Positions 60,612 through 64,000 of a stretch of DNA of 64,000 bases are shown in pieces. Position 1 is the first letter of the stretch. The number at the start of each line of letters is the position of its first letter. The notes beneath the pieces are model-generated. The model did no database searches and was not told the DNA's origin. It saw nothing but the letters and a program-made list of their open reading frames with translations. Position numbers and translations under genes: made by a program. The stretch is from Vitrella brassicaformis CCMP3155 (taxonomy: Eukaryota; Protista; Chromerida): the NCBI GenBank assembly GCA_001179505.1, contig CDMY01000040.1, positions 1-64,000 on the forward strand, written 5' to 3'.

Positions 60612-63418
60612 TCAATTCCAGGTGCCATTTGGGGGGAGTCTTGGTGACGGAGGCACGCTGGGCGGTCGGGACGTGACTGCACCCGCCTCCACACCCTCAA
60701 ACTGAATCTCATACAGCACGTCCTGTGCAGCACACCGTACACAGGGAGGAAGGAATTGTTTCCAGAGGAGCCGTGCTTGGTGTGTGTGGTCAATCTCACC
60801 CGGCCGGCCCACCCACCTGCATTTTGAGTTTCGCCGACCTGACGGAGATGTATGAGTCCTTCGGCTGGACCAGTTTGCCCCTGACCCACTTTTTGAAGTA
60901 CACTCGGTATGACGGGTGCGACTGGTGCAGCACCTCCACTTGAGCTGACGTGACATGACCGCACCCAACCCCAGACAGAGACAGAGACACGCACATGCAC
61001 TTATGGTCATCTTTCGACGCGCGCATGTCTTACTTTTCGGCTCATACTGGTTCCAGATTCTGATGTAAACATCGGTGTGCTGGACCGAGTACATGAAGGC
61101 CAGGTGGTCCATCTGTGTCTGCCCCACGAGGTACCCGTGAGGCTCTTCCCACACGGATGGCGCCAGGCAGTGCAGATCGGACAGGAGCCTGTTCCGACGG
61201 TCACCGTGGCCATACTCAACCTTCTCTACTTCGGAAGCAAACCGATGCGCGCACTCCAGCAGCTCACTGGGCAGCGAACAAGCAGACGCAGAGAAACAGA
61301 GAGAGAGAGAGACATAAAGGGAGGCGCCAGTGAGTGCAGACAGCACCGACCGGCATGTGCTCTTGGAGAAGGTGCCATTGTTGGTGGCCGGCTGCTGCTG
61401 GGATGAGTTTTGCTGCTCATCGTCCTTGCCCTCGTCGATATTGTGGTGTGAGAAGAGGCCGCCGAGCCAGACGCCGAAGCGCCCCACTGCATCGCCCACG
61501 TCGGTGACTGAGCTGGTGGGACTGCCGGCCGTCTTGCGCTTCTCGCGGGCGGCGTCCTGCATCAGCTGCGTGAACAACAGGCTGCAGACAGACAGAGAGG
61601 AGGGCAACATAAACAAGGAAGGACACATTCGCACCGCATCCACAGGTGCCCAGCCCATATGTGAGGGCTCCACCTGCTGGTCCAATTGCCGAGTTCCATC
61701 ATGATGGAGCCTGCAGTGTCGATCCTCTGGGACTTCAGCTCGATCCATATCCTGCCTGCAGTAAGACACAGAGAGAAGGGGCGGACAATGTCAATGGCCG
61801 GCCCGCCGACAGTCAGACAACCACATGGGTGGGCGCACCGCGCACCAGTTTTGACTTCTATAGATGTGACGCCCTGTCTTGTGCTCGGGTGGAAGGAGAA
61901 CGTCTTGGTCTTGAGCGCCTCCTTCATCAGCTTCCTCAAATCCAGACTTATTCTTTCCCTCAAGGCCCTCTCCCCCTCCCCAGCCGCCGGATGGCCCGAC
62001 ACACTCATCATCATCAGCAAAATCTCCACAAACCTCCGCGTCACTTCCGCGTCGACCGACGGATGCACGAGGGCGTATGCGTGCTGCGCGGTGAAGTTAT
62101 CCCTCTCCAGTGCGAACAGGACGTCCTCCGGCACTCCTGGCAGCGGCTCCTGCTTGGGCGGCACCACAATGCTCGGCGCAGGGAGGGGAGGTTTGGGGGG
62201 CCGGGGAGGGAGGGGGTGAGCTGATGCCGGCCGAGATACAGAGGCAGCGACGGCCGGCTGGACGGCTTCGGCGTCCAAGAACCCCTGGGAGAGAGACATG
62301 AGCGGAGGAATCGTCACCCCGATCGGCCTGTCGGCCTCTCGCGATTCGCCCTGAACAGTTATTGTTGGCATCTCTGGCGATGCAAAGCCGCTGGCACCAT
62401 AATAGGGCGCGAAAGCTGGCGGGGCGCCGCCGGCGGCCGGTGGAGGGGGTGGGGTCTTCTGCAGCTGTCTTTGCAGCGCAAAGATGGTGCGGTGGTGCTT
62501 CTCATTGATGTACAGCACACAGGCCAGCAGAAGGAAAACGAAGACCACCAGAATCGCCCACTCCTGCGCAACAACACCTAATTCTCCTCACAGAGTCTCC
62601 TGCCTGCCTGCCTGCCTGTGTGTAGATGTATACTCGTGTCTCACCAGCCAGAAGTTCCAGTCACTCAGCTGCGTGGGCCCTGTGGAGCCCTCCAAGAGGG
62701 CGACAAAGAGGAACCCCGGCAGGCTGGCCAGGAGAGGCACATAGAAGGCTACGCCATAGAAGGACGCCAGGATGCCGATATAGATAAGAAAGAAAGGCAG
62801 CAGCGTGCTCGAGTGGGGGATGAGCGGCACGCCGTCAAAATTGCAATCGACCTCCACTGTCCTTTCCACGGGCGCAGTCGCGAGACACGTCACAGTCTCT
62901 CTGCAGAAGTCATCGTGCTTTAGGCCGAGCATCAGCGCCACCAGCCTGTCGCAAGATATGGGCCACACGATGAGAAGAGCGCAGAAGTACGGCAGCATCG
63001 GCACCCGCTCGAGCGCCTTTGGCGGAAGAATGGGATAGATGCCGCCCAGAATGACAAGGAAAGCCTGAACGCCGATCTGAATGCCGAACAGGGTGTCTCC
63101 CAGATTGTCGGTGTCCTCCTCTTTGTTGCCGTATAGCATCCATGACCGCATAATGAACAAGCCCATCTGCACAAACAGTGCGGCCACGCCGATGCGGAAG
63201 GCCCGCGTCGAGGGGTCCAACCGCGCCCTCTGCTCCCTCCAGAAAGCCTTCTCGAGCTCCTTGTCCTCGAACCGCATCAGAAACAACTGCTTGGGCATCA
63301 TGGCAGCCAACGCAGTACTCGTCGTCTCTGCCGGTTTGGCTGCGGCCTCCAGGTCAATGCCGTCTGGTGGCGGGGCAGTGGGCGTCTGCTGGGGAGAGCT
63401 GCTGAATGGGTTCGCCAT
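60612..63418 (-). CDS. Polytopic membrane protein (about 6 TM) with Pro-rich linker and possible C-terminal START-like domain
   Basis: LFLMRFEDKELEKAF followed by about 6 hydrophobic segments; distal EVLHQSHPSYRVYFKKWVRGKLVQPKDSYISVRS; about 7 exons. Confidence 0.6.
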
Positions 63419-64000
63419 GACGCAGCCCTTACGATAACCGGAGTACGTGCTGCGGCAGGTGAACGCCGCAGCCAAACGAGGACGAGACCCAGTGCAGTGC
63501 CATCTTGTGGTGGGGACCGCGAGAAGAGATCGGAAGAAAGACTGGGGGCTTTGGTGGGGCAGCCGTTTCGGGGCAGTTTCGATCGCGTGCGAAAACTCAC
63601 GCCAGCAAGAGGCTCTCAGATACTCTCAAACTGTCGTTGTATGTAAGACACAGACGAGGCACCATACTGCAGCGCGAGACACCAAAGATCTATGCGCCTA
63701 TGACTTACTACTTGGTGAAGAAGCTCAAAAGATCTGAAGAGACGCGGACCGTGTGCAGTACGCCAGCCACACACACAGGCGCACACACCCCACAACAGAC
63801 AAAGCAACCCCGTTGGGCATACATCTATTGCTTGGCTACGCTCACTGTCTGTCTGTCTGTCTGTCTGCCTGTGTGTCAGTGTGTCTGTGTGTCTGTCTCG
63901 CATTGTTGGAGACACTGGATTGCAAACAGCCGGCGGCACTTACTCCTGTCTACCTCTACAGGCCGCCCACGATGCACTAGCTAAGTAGCAAGGAACTTGT

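Noticed and set aside
1-64000. Hundreds of overlapping ORFs in the six-frame track, including long antisense ORFs (e.g. 9044-10252, 53099-54001, 59112-60014) and CVCVC/HTHTH peptides
   Set aside because: They are shadows of GC-rich coding strands or translations of (TG)n/(CA)n introns; ORFs containing X simply run through gaps.
1-64000. Genome-wide stop-codon reassignment (UGA = Trp)
   Set aside because: Conserved genes (SBDS, ERp29, SDR) terminate at TGA at the expected ends, and TGG encodes Trp throughout.

Overview
Eukaryotic nuclear scaffold: GC-rich, gene-dense, with short GT-AG introns full of (TG)n/(CA)n/(CTGT)n/(GGAT)n microsatellites and four 300-N gaps. A two-domain ApiAP2 factor plus a protein with a signal peptide, transit peptide and twin-arginine leader point to a photosynthetic relative of apicomplexans. 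Vitrella brassicaformis-like is my inference, not a database match. About 23 genes or gene remnants were modelled by hand, including SBDS, ERp29, a DCXR-like SDR, DUF1499, a DUF3427-like protein, ApiAP2, two BTB-TLDc proteins, a secreted TLDc, two other BTB proteins, ankyrin, MYND, ARM-like and TMX-like proteins, two paralogues of a repeat-domain family and a decayed kinase-like cluster. Best leads: (1) TGCGAGCT occurs in 8 of 9 head-to-head promoter intervals; (2) a 1.8-kb non-autonomous Helitron with both termini; (3) in-frame TAG/TGA codons inside otherwise continuous genes, explained by nonsense mutation, Trp recoding/editing, or 34-48 nt introns; (4) complementary microsatellites at intron ends; (5) two repeated non-coding elements, one with a 26-bp hairpin. 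All gene models and family calls come from reading motifs by eye; no searches were run.
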